Positions 1 through 11,216 of a stretch of 64,000 nucleotides of DNA are shown piece after piece. The DNA is taken from contig NC_091987.1 in NCBI RefSeq assembly GCF_044704955.1, positions 80,910,001 to 80,974,000 of the forward strand, given 5' to 3'. The notes under the pieces were generated by a model, which ran no database searches, was not told where the DNA came from, and saw only the letters and a program-made list of their open reading frames with translations. Both the position numbers and the translations under genes were made by a program. This DNA comes from Pristiophorus japonicus. Its lineage: Eukaryota. Position 1 is the stretch's first letter, and every line of letters starts with the position of its first letter.

Positions 1-2090
1 CATATTGTGTTGCCGGATCATGTCACTGAGGGGCAACATGTAGATGAGAAATAGGAGGGGGCCAAGGATAGATCCTTGGTCACCAGAGGGGACAGTGCGG
101 GATTGGGAAGAAAAGCCATTACAGATAATTCTATGATTACAGCTGGAAAGATAGGAATGAGACCAGGCGAGTACAGTCCCATGGAGCTGGACGATGGTGG
201 AGAGGCGTTGGAGCAGAATTTTGTGGTCAACCATGCCAAAGGCTGCAAACAGGTCCAGAAGGATGAGAAGGGATAGATTACCTTTGTCGCAGTCATTTGT
301 GAGTTTGGTTCAAGCAGTTTCAGTGTGGCAGGGGCAGAAGCCTGATTGGAGGGATTCAAACAAGGAGTTCTGGGATTTGGAAGGCAACAACTCGTTCAAG
401 AACTTTGGAGAGGAAAGGGAGGTTGAAGATGGAGTGATAGTTTGCAAGGATCGAGGGATCAAGGATTGTTTTTTTGAGGAGGGGGGTGATGACAGCAGAT
501 TTGAAGGAAATGGGGACAATACCAGAGGAGAGAAAACTATTAACAATATCCACTAACATAGAAGCCAGTGAGGGAAGTTGGGTGGTCAGCAATTTAGTAG
601 GAGTAGGGTCAAGGGAACAGGAGGTCGGTCTCATTGACAAGATGAGCTTTGAAAGGGAAATGGGAGAAATAGGAGAGAAATTCGAGAAATATGCAAATTT
701 AGGTTTAGGGCAGGGGGAAAACAGAGAGGAAGTATGGTCTGGGGGGCTAAGGGGGGTAAAGGAATTGAAAGCAGAAGTAGTTGAACAGATGTTGTCGATC
801 TTTTTAACAAAGAATCCATGAGCTGCTCACATTTATTGTTGGAGGTGTGGGAAGAGGAAGCGGGAGAGGGTGGATTGGGAAGACGGTTAGTGGTGGAGAA
901 GAGAAGCCTGGTGTTGTTTTGCCATCCTGGATAGTCTTAGAATAGAGGCGGTTTTCATGATGGAGAGCAGGACCCCGTAGTGCTTTATATGATCTAGCCA
1001 AATCTGGTGATGGATGATTAGACCAGATGATTAGACCAGTTGTCCACCAAAGACATTCAAGTCTGCATCCCTTGAATTTAAGGAAGCAGAGATGAGGGGT
1101 ATACCAGGGTGAACGACTGTAATGATCTTAGTGGGCACAAGGGCATCAAAGGTGGTGGAAAGGGTATGATTTTGTAAGTCGGTAGCTGCAGAGATGTCAT
1201 GAAGAATTGCAGACCAAAGGCTAGATAGTTGGGAATTAGAAAGTGCAGTGGTAAGGGACTTGAGGGAGAGTTTTTTCCAGGGGAAGGTATGAAGAGAAGT
1301 GGGTTTAGGAGAGGGAAGGGGAACTTGGATAGAGAGTGATATAAGGAACTAGCCGGAGACTGCCTTATCGGTAATTGTTAGAGAGCATAGCGAGGCCACG
1401 TGAGATGATAAGATCGAGGAGATGGCCGTGTATATGGGTGGGGGAGTTTACATGAAGGGCGAGATTAAGGTAGGAAAGGAGGGCAGTGAACTCAGAGGAG
1501 TGGGAGCAAGATGAGTTGAGATGGAGGTTGAAATCATCGAGGATGAGGAATCGCTCAGTGCAGAAGCAGAGTGAGGAAAGCAGGGAAGATATCTCATTGA
1601 GAAAATTGGTGTGGTACTTGGGTGAGCGGTACAGAATAAGGATTTTAAAAGAGAGATGTGAGGAGTGGAAAAAGGTGAGATACTCAACGGAGGAGAAGTT
1701 GTCGGAGGAGTAGGGCGACAGACCAAGGTGTGATTTAGAGCTAAGGGCTACATCACCACCACCACGGTGGTTTGGGTGTGAAATATGCTGAAAAATATAG
1801 CAAGTTGGGGAAGCTTCATTATGTGGAAAGATGTAATCACCCCTCAACCATGTCTCCATCAATGCCATGATGTCAATTTGATCATCCACAATAAGGTGAT
1901 GGATGGCAAAGCCTTATTTACAATTGAACATACATTTTGAAGGGAAATATAGAAAGGGGAGATGATACCTGGTGGAGTCCAGAGGGACAAGGCAGAATGG
2001 GACAGGGAGGAGGTTGGCGAGATTAGTTCGCAGCAGGCGCTTAGGGCAGGGAGGGTGGGGAGAGAGTAAGATAGGACAATTTGGATTGTT
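1..2090 (-). mobile_element. L2-clade LINE, decayed ORF2 (APE endonuclease + RT N-terminus)
   Basis: IMALMETWL, ILYRSP, DDFNLH, HGHLLDLII (APE); SCSLDPTPT, FESLQSGF (RT); multiple frameshifts. Confidence 0.88.
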
Positions 2091-2542
2091 GCATATCGTC
2101 TATTGACCCCATCAATTTATGGCTTCACATTCATCATCAGACAACTTCAAAAGCAACTTGTCACCCAGCAACCAAGAATGTGCAAGACAGGAAAGTGGAA
2201 CAAAAGAATAATATTTATTTGCTTTAACTAAACAACAGAAACTTAACAACATAACGATTTATCACACACATGTGCATACCATTATGCAACTACCAAGCTT
2301 TACTCTTCCTTTTCCTACCACTCCTACGTGGTGCAACCCCTGTGGCTTGAGCAGAGGTAGAGGCAGGTTGCTCACAGCCCTGCCGAGATGCTCTTGGCCG
2401 ACAACCTCTAAGTTTTGGAGCCCCTGAGGGCCTCACCAAAGACTGCTCCATCTGCACCTTTTCAGGGCAGACTCGGCCATCGGGACACAAATAACGAAAC
2501 AGAAACATAAAATAACATTATTTTAATAAAATCAATGCCATT

Positions 2543-2706
2543 TCAACATACTGAAAAGGTATTTTCATATACAACCAATGGAATGTGCTGAATTAAACTA
2601 TAGTTCGAATTTGAATTTTGGTTAGAACTCTGACATGTTGAGGCAGTCACTTTTCCTCTTGATCCAGCGACAAAATTAACATAGATCGGATTGGCTTCAG
2701 AATCTG
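2543..2706 (-). CDS. Copy A terminal cytoplasmic exon with YVNF, ITIM SNYSLI and YENT motifs
   Basis: ORF 2543..2749, pyrimidine-rich ttttccttcattttag/cag acceptor in phase 1, three Tyr motifs, TGA at 2543-2545, ATTAAA at 2522-2527 on the minus strand. Confidence 0.78.
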
Positions 2707-2853
2707 CTAAAATGAAGGAAAAATTGTCTAAAAATGCAATTAGTGTCATTTAATTCAATCTGTGACACACATATACCTAAAGAACACACAATCACAGAGG
2801 AATCAGTAACTGAATGGGTGGTGCATTGGTTTCAAAACCCATGGTAAACTCAC

Positions 2854-2904
2854 TTGGAAAGTCGATCTTGTCATTTTGTATCAGTGCATGCAGTTTGACT
2901 TCTG
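2854..2904 (-). CDS. Copy A short cytoplasmic exon (AEVKLHALIQNDKIDFP)
   Basis: Strong donor A|GTGAGT, cattag/cag acceptor, 51 nt, phase 1-1. Frame stays open in both copies despite several substitutions. Confidence 0.6.
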
Positions 2905-3024
2905 CTAATGAGACTCTCGTTCTGTCATTGCTAGCAAGACTGTTATTCAGTTTCAGTCACTTGAAAACTAATGAGAACAGTTCTTCAAACTCAGTTTTAA
3001 ATTTGTAGCTAACTGTCAATTAAT

Positions 3025-3729
3025 GGGGTAGAAATTCCGACATCCCGGGCCCATGCAAAATTTCTACGGACCCGGGAAGGCATCGGAAAAGCCGGTTTTC
3101 AGCGCGCAATGCGCATGCGCTGAAAACCGGCTTTTCCGGTCGACCGTAGACATCTCGGGAGCGAGGACATTTGCACAGGCAAGATTGTGGGATTTACACA
3201 TATCTTGCCCGGCAAATGTCCTCAAAACTCTTGCGCCTGAAAATACAGGCGTAAAAGTTTAAAAACTTATCAAAAACATGATTAAAATAAAATTTATGTT
3301 AAAATCCTACCCACTCAGGTAATGTTACTTTAAACCCTAACCCTAAATTATTTTTAAATCAGCAATTTTTTTTCTTCAAAAAACATGTTTAAAACTTTAA
3401 TTTCTATTAGTGTATTGTGTGAGGTGTTTTTTTAAATATTTTATTTAGTATTTGTGCCGTTTTGGGGTTTTTCTTATTCATAGTAATAGGAGATTCGTAA
3501 CTTACAAAACTCCTATGAATATGAATGAGAATATACTTACATGTGATTGGGTGTCCAGGCATATGTGACTCCTGCGCACGTCCCTTCGAGTGCGCACTGT
3601 GACACACGGGGAGAGGTGGCCAGTGGACCGGGATCTCAAGCGGGCGCAGAATCTTCAGATAAGTGCGCATTTTATGTCTATTATTTAGTGCTTTGCCCAC
3701 GGGAAGTCCTCGAGAGGAATTTCTGCCCC
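3025..3729. mobile_element. MITE / non-autonomous DNA transposon (Harbinger-like)
   Basis: TIRs GGGGTAGAAATTCC...GGAATTTCTGCCCC, flanked by AAT/AAT. Related copies at 56420-57089 and, inverted, at 43884-44631. Confidence 0.75.
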
Positions 3730-3761
3730 AATATGTCGCTATTCCTTCATTGTCATTAATT

Positions 3762-3920
3762 AAAATCCTGGAACTCCCTCCCTAACAGCACTGTGGGAGC
3801 ACCTTCACCACACGGACTGCAGCGGTTCAAGAAGGCGGCTGACCACCACCTCCCCAATGGCAATGAGGGATCAGAAATAAATGCTGGCCTTGCCAACAAT
3901 GCCTACATGCCATGAATGAT
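3762..3920 (+). mobile_element. Short 3' fragment of a CR1-like LINE
   Basis: WNSLP...FKK-type ORF2 end followed by a 3' UTR with AATAAA; also present at about 57122-57280. Confidence 0.55.
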
Positions 3921-4011
3921 TTTTTTTTAATTTACTTTAAGAAGAGTAATACAAGTATCTGTTTCAATGTACAGAGGGCAATAATGTAAAAATAGTTACA
4001 AATTAATACTC

Positions 4012-4249
4012 TGTTATGTCTTTAATACTCTTATGAAAGACTCCACGAGGTCCAGTATTGTATTTGAGCTGTTGTAACCTTCGTCCCATTTATTGTAACT
4101 CCAGAGTGAGGCACAAGCATGGTGGGCAACCTTTTATACTGGGCCCTGCAAACCTATGCAGGTGACCCTCAGGTCTCCCACTGCAGTGCCCTCTGGTGGC
4201 ACACCTTATGTGAATATACAGTTAATATACATGGTCGACATACATGTCA
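4012..4249 (-). mobile_element. Solo LTR (Gypsy-type), copy A only
   Basis: TG...CA ends, TSD TACTC/TACTT, TATA and AATAAA on the minus strand. Empty site at about 57367-57372. Confidence 0.8.
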
Positions 4250-4873
4250 TACTTTATGATTGATTGAGTACTGCTAGGACACAGAAGAGTCATCTGTGGA
4301 AAGCCAATAATCAGAGTTGTAAGTGTAGGCTATGAGGTTAAATCAATTCACTGAAGTGTTGCTTCATAACGTGTGGATGCAGGATGGAGTTTCACAGAGC
4401 TCTATATTCTGCACCCAGCTCAACTGTGGTGAATTAGAGAACTGACTACGTGGTACTCTCTCGATATAGTAATTCACTGGTGGAGTGAGGAATATATCCA
4501 GCAAACAGTGTCAACTAAAAGCCACGGGTAAATTCAATATAAACTCAATTTTCACTCTGAATGTATTTTTTTACAAAGTCAATACAATTCTGCGTTAGGT
4601 TGCCAGGACATATTTCGAGACAGTCTAATGCAAATGGTTGCTGGATTTACAAGTGCATTAGTTCTGCTGGGTATATTTCTCTACTTTGTTGACAAAAATT
4701 AACCAAAAATATAATTTTTCACTTGCATACTTTATGTGTATGTGCACATGCATCATTAACATGCACTCAGTATTATACTCAATTATCAAAATAACAGTTT
4801 AATAAAAACAGTTTAGGAATTTAATGCTCATTAAGGTGACCCAATATCAGTCTGAAGCACTCCTATGTTATAA

Positions 4874-5270
4874 AAGAAAGACTTACATCTATATAGCACC
4901 TTTCACGACCACAAGATGTCTCAAAGCGCTTTACAGCCAATGAATACTTTTGGAGTGTAGTCAATGTTGTAATGTTGGAAACGTGGCAGTCAATTTACAC
5001 ACAGCAAGCTCCCACAAACAGCAATGTGATATTGACCAGATAATCTGTTGCTTTGAAATAATGCCATGGGATATTTTATGTCCACCTGAGAGCAGACTGG
5101 GTCTCAGTTTAATGCCTCATCCGAAAGACGCCACCTCCGACAATGCAGCACTCCCTCAGTACGGCACTGGAGTGTCACCCTAGATTTACATGCCCAAGTC
5201 CCTGGAGTGGGACTTGAACCCACAAACTTCTGACACAGGCGAGTGTGCTACCCACTGAGCCACAGCTGAC
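4874..5270 (-). mobile_element. tRNA-derived SINE with Deu-like core and L2-type tail (DeuSINE/SacSINE-like)
   Basis: Pol III A box TGGCTCAGTGG and B box GGTTCAAGTCC on the minus strand; tail ...GCTATATAGATGTAAGTCTTTCTTT. Copies at 57991-58390 and, partially, 47985-48225. Confidence 0.75.
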
Positions 5271-5740
5271 ATATATATTATATCATGGGTTATGAAGAAT
5301 AAATCAGGCTCTAATCTGCTTCATCAATGTGCCTTAATCCCATCTCAAACAGTACCCCGACTGCCCCATGGTGACATTTTCCAATTCCCACTACAGGCGT
5401 CCTGTCTACTCTTTGAATGAAATGACCAGTTTAGTGCCAAAGGGCAGTTTTGTACAATAGGACCATGTCCAGTTGGAACTGGGTTGAGAATATTGGTTTA
5501 AGACATGAAAAGACAGCCTTCTAACCCACTACACCTAGCTATCCGTTACGCAAGTCAACAGTCTAAGTGCATCAGCTCCATTCAGCCCACACATGGATCC
5601 ATCTACTGGAACATGGATTCAGTCAAAAGGATAGTGCAAACAGTGATACTGACTTCATTTTCACATGATCAATTGAAAGCTATCCACAGACCTCAACCTT
5701 GATCATTTGAAAACAAAGGCTATAATGATCTGGATCTTAC

Positions 5741-5830
5741 CTTTTCTTGAACACTTCAACAGTAAATATCCAACCACAATTACTAGGATTAGGCACAGAA
5801 AAGCAAGCACCACCCATATATACACTCGGC
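5741..5830 (-). CDS. Copy A transmembrane exon (GRVYIWVVLAFLCLILVIVVGYLLLKCSRK)
   Basis: Poly-T tract + tag acceptor, AAG|GTAAGA donor, 90 nt, phase 1-1. About 23 uncharged residues followed by a basic stop-transfer segment; no charged residue in the TM. Confidence 0.9.
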
Positions 5831-6737
5831 CTATAATAAAAAAAAGTAAGAAGGTCTTTGAATTAATGGCTTCATCACCAGCAGGTCATCTGATAGTCAA
5901 TACAGTAAATTTCTTCCAAGATCAAATACATTTTACTGTTCTTGTTTATATTGATCCATTTAGGAATACAGAAACGTTTGTGGTTGTGTCTGTAAACTGA
6001 GCATAATGTTAACAAATTTCAAGCAAGCTGTCAGAATATATTCCCAAGTAATACAGCTAATGATGTGTCAATTAACTCCAGTATAACAAAAGACTGGATG
6101 AATATTTGGTTGGGAACAGGGCTGAGGATTATAAGGAGAAGTACAATTGACAGTTGATGGAATGTTGTCCACAAGTCGGTGGGAACCGGTGAAGACTGGG
6201 ACAGGACCAGGCCCAGGGTAAATACAGGTGCATGGGGAGGGGAAAAAGTGGTCAGTGGTTTGCGAAAAGTATGTGGAAAGGGGAGGCCTTTAATTTCCTT
6301 GGGGGGACCGGAAAACCATTTCATTCTTCAGACCAGTTTCTTGCTCCCAAGGCAGCTGCTGCAGGCGTCCCGCTGAGATCCAGATTAAATTGCCGTTGGA
6401 GACCTATTAATGTAATTGGACTTCAATTTGCATAAATGTAAGAGGTGTCTGCCTGTTTCACGGCATGGAGATTTCACCCACTCAATTTTAACTGCACGTC
6501 GACGTTGAGTGTTAAAATTCCCACCTTAGTTTCTTACTACTTTCTTTTGCTTGTGTGTAAACTTAATTCATAAAAATAAATGTAACTTATTGTTTTAGCC
6601 AGAGCAATCAGAGGGCATAGGAGTGCATGGTGGGCAGCTTGTTCAGTGCCAATATTTTAGCAAAAAGGCCTTTGTTATTTCTGTGGTATTCATGTTCATG
6701 GCTGCTAAGACAGTAGGTTTTAACACACGGGGGATAC

Positions 6738-6764
6738 CAGTCCACTTATGGAATCTGCTATTTT
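6738..6764 (-). CDS. Copy A candidate 27-nt connecting-peptide micro-exon (ENSRFHKWT)
   Basis: tgtgtttacag acceptor, CTG|GTATCC donor, phase 1-1 and open. Identical in copy B, but the donor is weak. Confidence 0.4.
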
Positions 6765-6867
6765 CTGTAAACACAGATAAAGACTTGGAGGACTATTACC
6801 TAAACTACTTCACAAAAGGGAACACAGTGCGATATTAAAGTGAGGAATGGGAAGAGAACTGAAATAC

Positions 6868-7176
6868 CTTCACTCTGCTCATCAAATGGTATGGTTAATA
6901 TTCTAATGAGAGGGGTTTGCAATAATGAGTGATTCACATGACATGAGTACACATCCCCCTCCTTCCAGTCAGAGAGGTTAACATAACTTGCTCTGGAGTT
7001 GTTGTTGTTTGACATAATAGTTATTCCAGAGTTAATCCATGCTGAGCCTTCCTGTCCTTCTTTACTCCAGCTCAGTTGAATGTTCTCTGGATAGAAGTTC
7101 TCTGCTCTACAAACCAGTTGTCTGCAGCATCCATTTTCAGCTGGGGGAAGAAATTCAACTTCCACCTCTGGAGAAG
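6868..7176 (-). CDS. Copy A exon 3: C1-set Ig domain
   Basis: LVCRAENFYPENIQLSW and YSCHVNH (Ig/MHC [FY]xCx[VA]xH signature). Acceptor ttttcttcaccaag, donor G|GTATTT, 309 nt, phase 1-1. An alternative in-frame acceptor would start the exon at 7167. Confidence 0.92.
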
Positions 7177-7562
7177 CTTGGTGAAGAAAATATAACAAGC
7201 TTTATTAACATCTGAAAAATTATATATTTTACTTTATTTCCCATTGGGAAAAAACACAATGTTCATTTAGTCATACTGTTCTCTCAACTTAATGTTGTTC
7301 CATCATCATAGGCAATCCCTTGGAGTCGAGGAAGACTTGCTTCCACCACTAAAGCTGTACAATGATTCTAGGACCAGCAAACATGTTGGTTATGATGTAG
7401 ATAATAATCATAAGAAATGTCTTTACAATGATATTTACAATTCAAACTATCCTGTGACCACAAAAGACAAATATTAGGTGAAAATACAACAATCATGTTG
7501 TCAATTCAATAACATAGAAATATATATAAGACTTTATAATGTATTAATATAATAATTCATAC

Positions 7563-7934
7563 CTTCTACTATGAGGCGTGTTGTGCTCCCTTGTATTTCT
7601 GTCGAAGGAGGTGGTATAGAGAATGTAATCGTACAGTAGTAAAAGTCTGTGTCATTCACTTGGAGATCTCGGATGGAAAAATGTGTAACATTAGCACTGA
7701 GTTCCAACGTAATGCTCACTCGACTATCACACATGGGACTCGGCATCAGCTTCTTATTCATATAGAGTACTCTGCATACAGGATTGTTCCTCATATTCCT
7801 CCACCAGGAAACAGACATCATTTGTACCTTGGAGCGATTGTGCCAGTAGGAACAAGTGATGTTCGCACTCTCTCCCTTTAAGCCTTTCAGGACAGCTGGA
7901 GTTTGGAGAACTTGGTCTTCACTACGTGTCAAAT
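7563..7934 (-). CDS. Copy A exon 2: V-set Ig domain (germline-joined VJ type, CD28/CTLA-4/CD28H-like)
   Basis: ORF 7534..7944 has ITC (B strand), VSWW (C), DTDFYYC (F), IPPP FG loop, J-like GSTTRLIV and an extra Cys pair. Pyrimidine-rich ...aacag acceptor, G|GTATG donor, 372 nt, phase 1-1. Confidence 0.92.
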
Positions 7935-10900
7935 CTGTTCCCATGAAAAATCAAAAGAAATTTGCATTGTTAATAAAAACTATTCAAATATTTATCTATG
8001 AATCTGCCTAGTTATTTAAAAATATGATTTTAATATTGATTGAAATGATAATCGTTACTGAGCAAGACATTACATGGGTTCCGCAGATCAGCATAAGTTC
8101 TGTTCATTTTGCCTTTTGTTTTTAATCAAAATTTGATTGTAGGAAAGGATGAAATCTGTTACGTATTTAACCCTTGGTAACCTCTATCACAGCACCACCA
8201 GAGGGCCTACCTGTTGGAGTCCTAAGGGATCCCAGCATCCTTTGGGAGCACTGTATATAAGCAGTCCACCCACGAGGTACCTGCACTCTGGAGTCTAATT
8301 AAAGGAGCTAAAGTCACACTTACTCATTGCTTACAGTACTCAGTTTCATCCTTTATTATGAGCGTAACAATTGGTGACGAGATAACGATCAGCCACGCGA
8401 AAATGCAAAGAACAGTTGGTATCCTGAAGAAGTTCTCAGAAGGGGATGATTGGGAGGACATCGTGGAGAGACTCGACTAATACTTCGTGGCCAACGAGCT
8501 GGAAGGGGACGAGAACGCTACCAAATGAAGGGCGATCTTCCTTACTGTCTGTGGGGCAACAACTTATGGCCTCATGAAGAATCTTCTAGCTCCGATAAAA
8601 CCAACAACCAAATCCTATGAAGAATTGTGTATACTGGGCCGGGAGCACCTAAACCCTAAGGAAAGCGTTTTGATGGCGAGGTATCGGTTCTACACGTGTC
8701 AACGGTCGGAGGGCAAGGAAGTGGCGAGCTACATCGCCGAACTAAGGCGCCTTGCAGGACATTGCGAATTCGATGGATTCCTTGAACAAATGCTGAGAGA
8801 CTTTTTTGTGCTTGGCATTGGCCATGAGGTAATCCTTCGCAAACTATTGACTGTTGAAACACCGAATCTGAGCAAAGCCATAACAATAGCCCAGGCATTT
8901 ATGTCCACCAGCGATAACACCAAACAAATTTTGCAGCATAAAGAGGTTTCGCCCAGTACTGTGCACAAAGTAACGTAATTTTCGAGCAGGAGTATACATG
9001 GCAGAATGTACGCGCCGGCTGCTGCACGACCTCAGATGACCCAGAGTCCGCCATCAATCATTAATGTGAGGCAGTTAACACCTTGTTGGCGTTGTGGAGG
9101 TGATCATCGGGCCCATCAATGCCGCTTCAAGCACTATGTGTGCAATGGCTGCAGAACAATGGGACAAACCGCAAATCCTGCAAAACCTGCAAACCACCAC
9201 GTTGCAGAGGAAGATCGATCCATCGTGGATCAGGCTGAACAAGAGACTCGAACCGAAGAGGCAGAAGTGTATGGGGTACAAACCTTCACAATGAAATGTC
9301 CACCAATAATGTTAAAAGTTGAACCGAACGGAATTCCAGTATCCATGGAACTGGACACTGATGCGAGTCAGTCCATTATGAGCAAAATGGCCTTCGACAG
9401 GCTGTGGTGCAACAAGGCACACAGGCCCAAGCTCAGCCCCATTCACACCAAGCTAAGAACTTACACCAAAGAGCTGATCCCTGTAACTGGCAGCACAGAA
9501 GTAAAAGTCTCCTATGATGGAGCAGTGCACGAACTCCCACTATGGATCGTGCCAGGGGATGGCCCCACACTGTTCGGCAGAAGCTGGCTGGGAAAAATCC
9601 GCTGGAACTGGTATGACATCCGAGCGCTTTCATCCATCGACGACGCCTCATGTGCCCAGGATCTGAGCAGATTTCCATAATTGTTCAAGCAGGCATTCGA
9701 AGTTTCTCGGGAGCGAAAGTACAGATCCACTTGGTTCCCGGTACATGACCCATCCACCACAAGGCATGGGTGGTACCGTACATGATGCGAGAGAAAGTGG
9801 TAATTGAGCTGGACAGGCTGCAGCGAGAAGGCATCATAGCGTCGATGGAATTCAACGAGTGAGCCAATCCGATTGTCCCAGTACTCAAAGGTGACAGCAC
9901 GATCAGAATTTGTGGGGACTATAAAGTAACGATTAACCGTTTTTCGCTACAGGACCAGTATCCACTACCCAAGGCAGACGACCTATTTGCAACCCTGGCT
10001 GGAGGAAAGACGTTCACCAAATTGGACCTCACCTCGGCCTACATGACGCAGGAGCTGGAGGAATCTTCGAAAGACCTCACCTGCATCAACACGCACAAAG
10101 GTCTGTTCATCTATAATAGATGCCCGTTCGGGATTCCTTCGGCCGCGGCAATTTTCCAATGAAAAATGGAGAGCCCGCTAAAGTCGGTTCCGTGGTTTTC
10201 CAGGATGACATACTGGTCACAGGTCGGGACACCATCGAACACTTGAAGAATCTGGAAGAGGTTCTAAGTCGGCTAGGTCACTTGGGACTCAGGTTGAAAT
10301 GCTCGAGGTGTGTTTTCCTGGCGCCAGAGGTCAAGTTCTTGGGAAGAAAAATCGCAGCAGACGGCATCAGACGCAACGACGCCAAGACGTAGGCCATCAA
10401 GCACGCGACGAGACCACAGAACGTGATGAAGCTGCGGTCGTTCCTGGGACTCCTCAACTATTTCGGTCATTTCCTACCCGGGTTAAGCACCTTGCTAGAA
10501 TCTCGACATGTGCTACTGCTCAAGGGAGACGACTGGGTATGGGGAAATTCACAAGAAGCTGTCTTTGAGAAAGCCAGAAGTCTTATGTTCAAACAAACCG
10601 CTTGTTCTGTATAAGCCATGTAAACGATTTAGTGCTAGCTTGTGATGCATCATCATACGGGGTCGGGTGTGTGTTACAACAGGCTAATGAATCGGAGATT
10701 TTGCATTCGGTCGCTTATGCATCCAGGAGTCTGTCCAAGGCCGAAAGGGCCTACAGCATGATTGAAAAGGAAGCTCTGGCGTGCGTTTACAGGGTGAAAA
10801 AAATGCACCAGTATTTGTTTTGTCTCAAGTTTGAGCTTGAAACTGACCATAAGCCGCTCATATCGCTATTTTCAGAGAGCAAAGGGATTAACACCAATGC

Positions 10901-11216
10901 CTCTGCCCGATCCAAAAATAGCTGTTCATGCTGTCGGCATGCAACTATGTAATCCGCCACAGACTGGTCACAGAGAACAGAGCTGATGCTCTCAGTCAGC
11001 TACCATTGCCCACCACCAGGGTGGAAATGGCATAGCCTGCAGACTTGCTCATGGTGATGGATGCATTCGGAAATGAAAAGTCACCCGTTACGGCCCACCA
11101 GATCAGGACCTGGACCAGCCAGGATCATTTACTGTCCCTGGTAAAAAATTGTGTCCTCCATGGGAGCTGGTCCAGCATCCCAGCGGAGATGCAGGAAAAG
11201 ATTAAGCCGTTCCACA

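Noticed and set aside
2290-2508. 72-aa ORF downstream of the stop as an extra exon
   Set aside because: It lies beyond the stop and ATTAAA and resembles the transposon-derived segment at about 33690-33850.
5195-5270. tRNA gene
   Set aside because: The A/B boxes belong to a SINE head and I see no complete cloverleaf.
5505-6000. Plus-strand ORFs repeated in both units (5505, 5707, 6232, 6623, 7591, 20195, 20756)
   Set aside because: They recur only because the DNA is duplicated; several are antisense to real exons and none has a recognisable domain.
6031-6324. Hydrophobic ORF (LSIVLLLIILS) as the TM exon
   Set aside because: The hydrophobic stretch is short and lacks matching splice sites; 5741-5830 is a much better TM exon.
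6868-7934. Rearranging Ig/TCR (or IgNAR/NAR-TCR) locus
   Set aside because: The V exon already contains the G strand and ends in a splice donor. I see no heptamer-nonamer RSS or J segments, the TM lacks TCR charged residues, and the tail is long.
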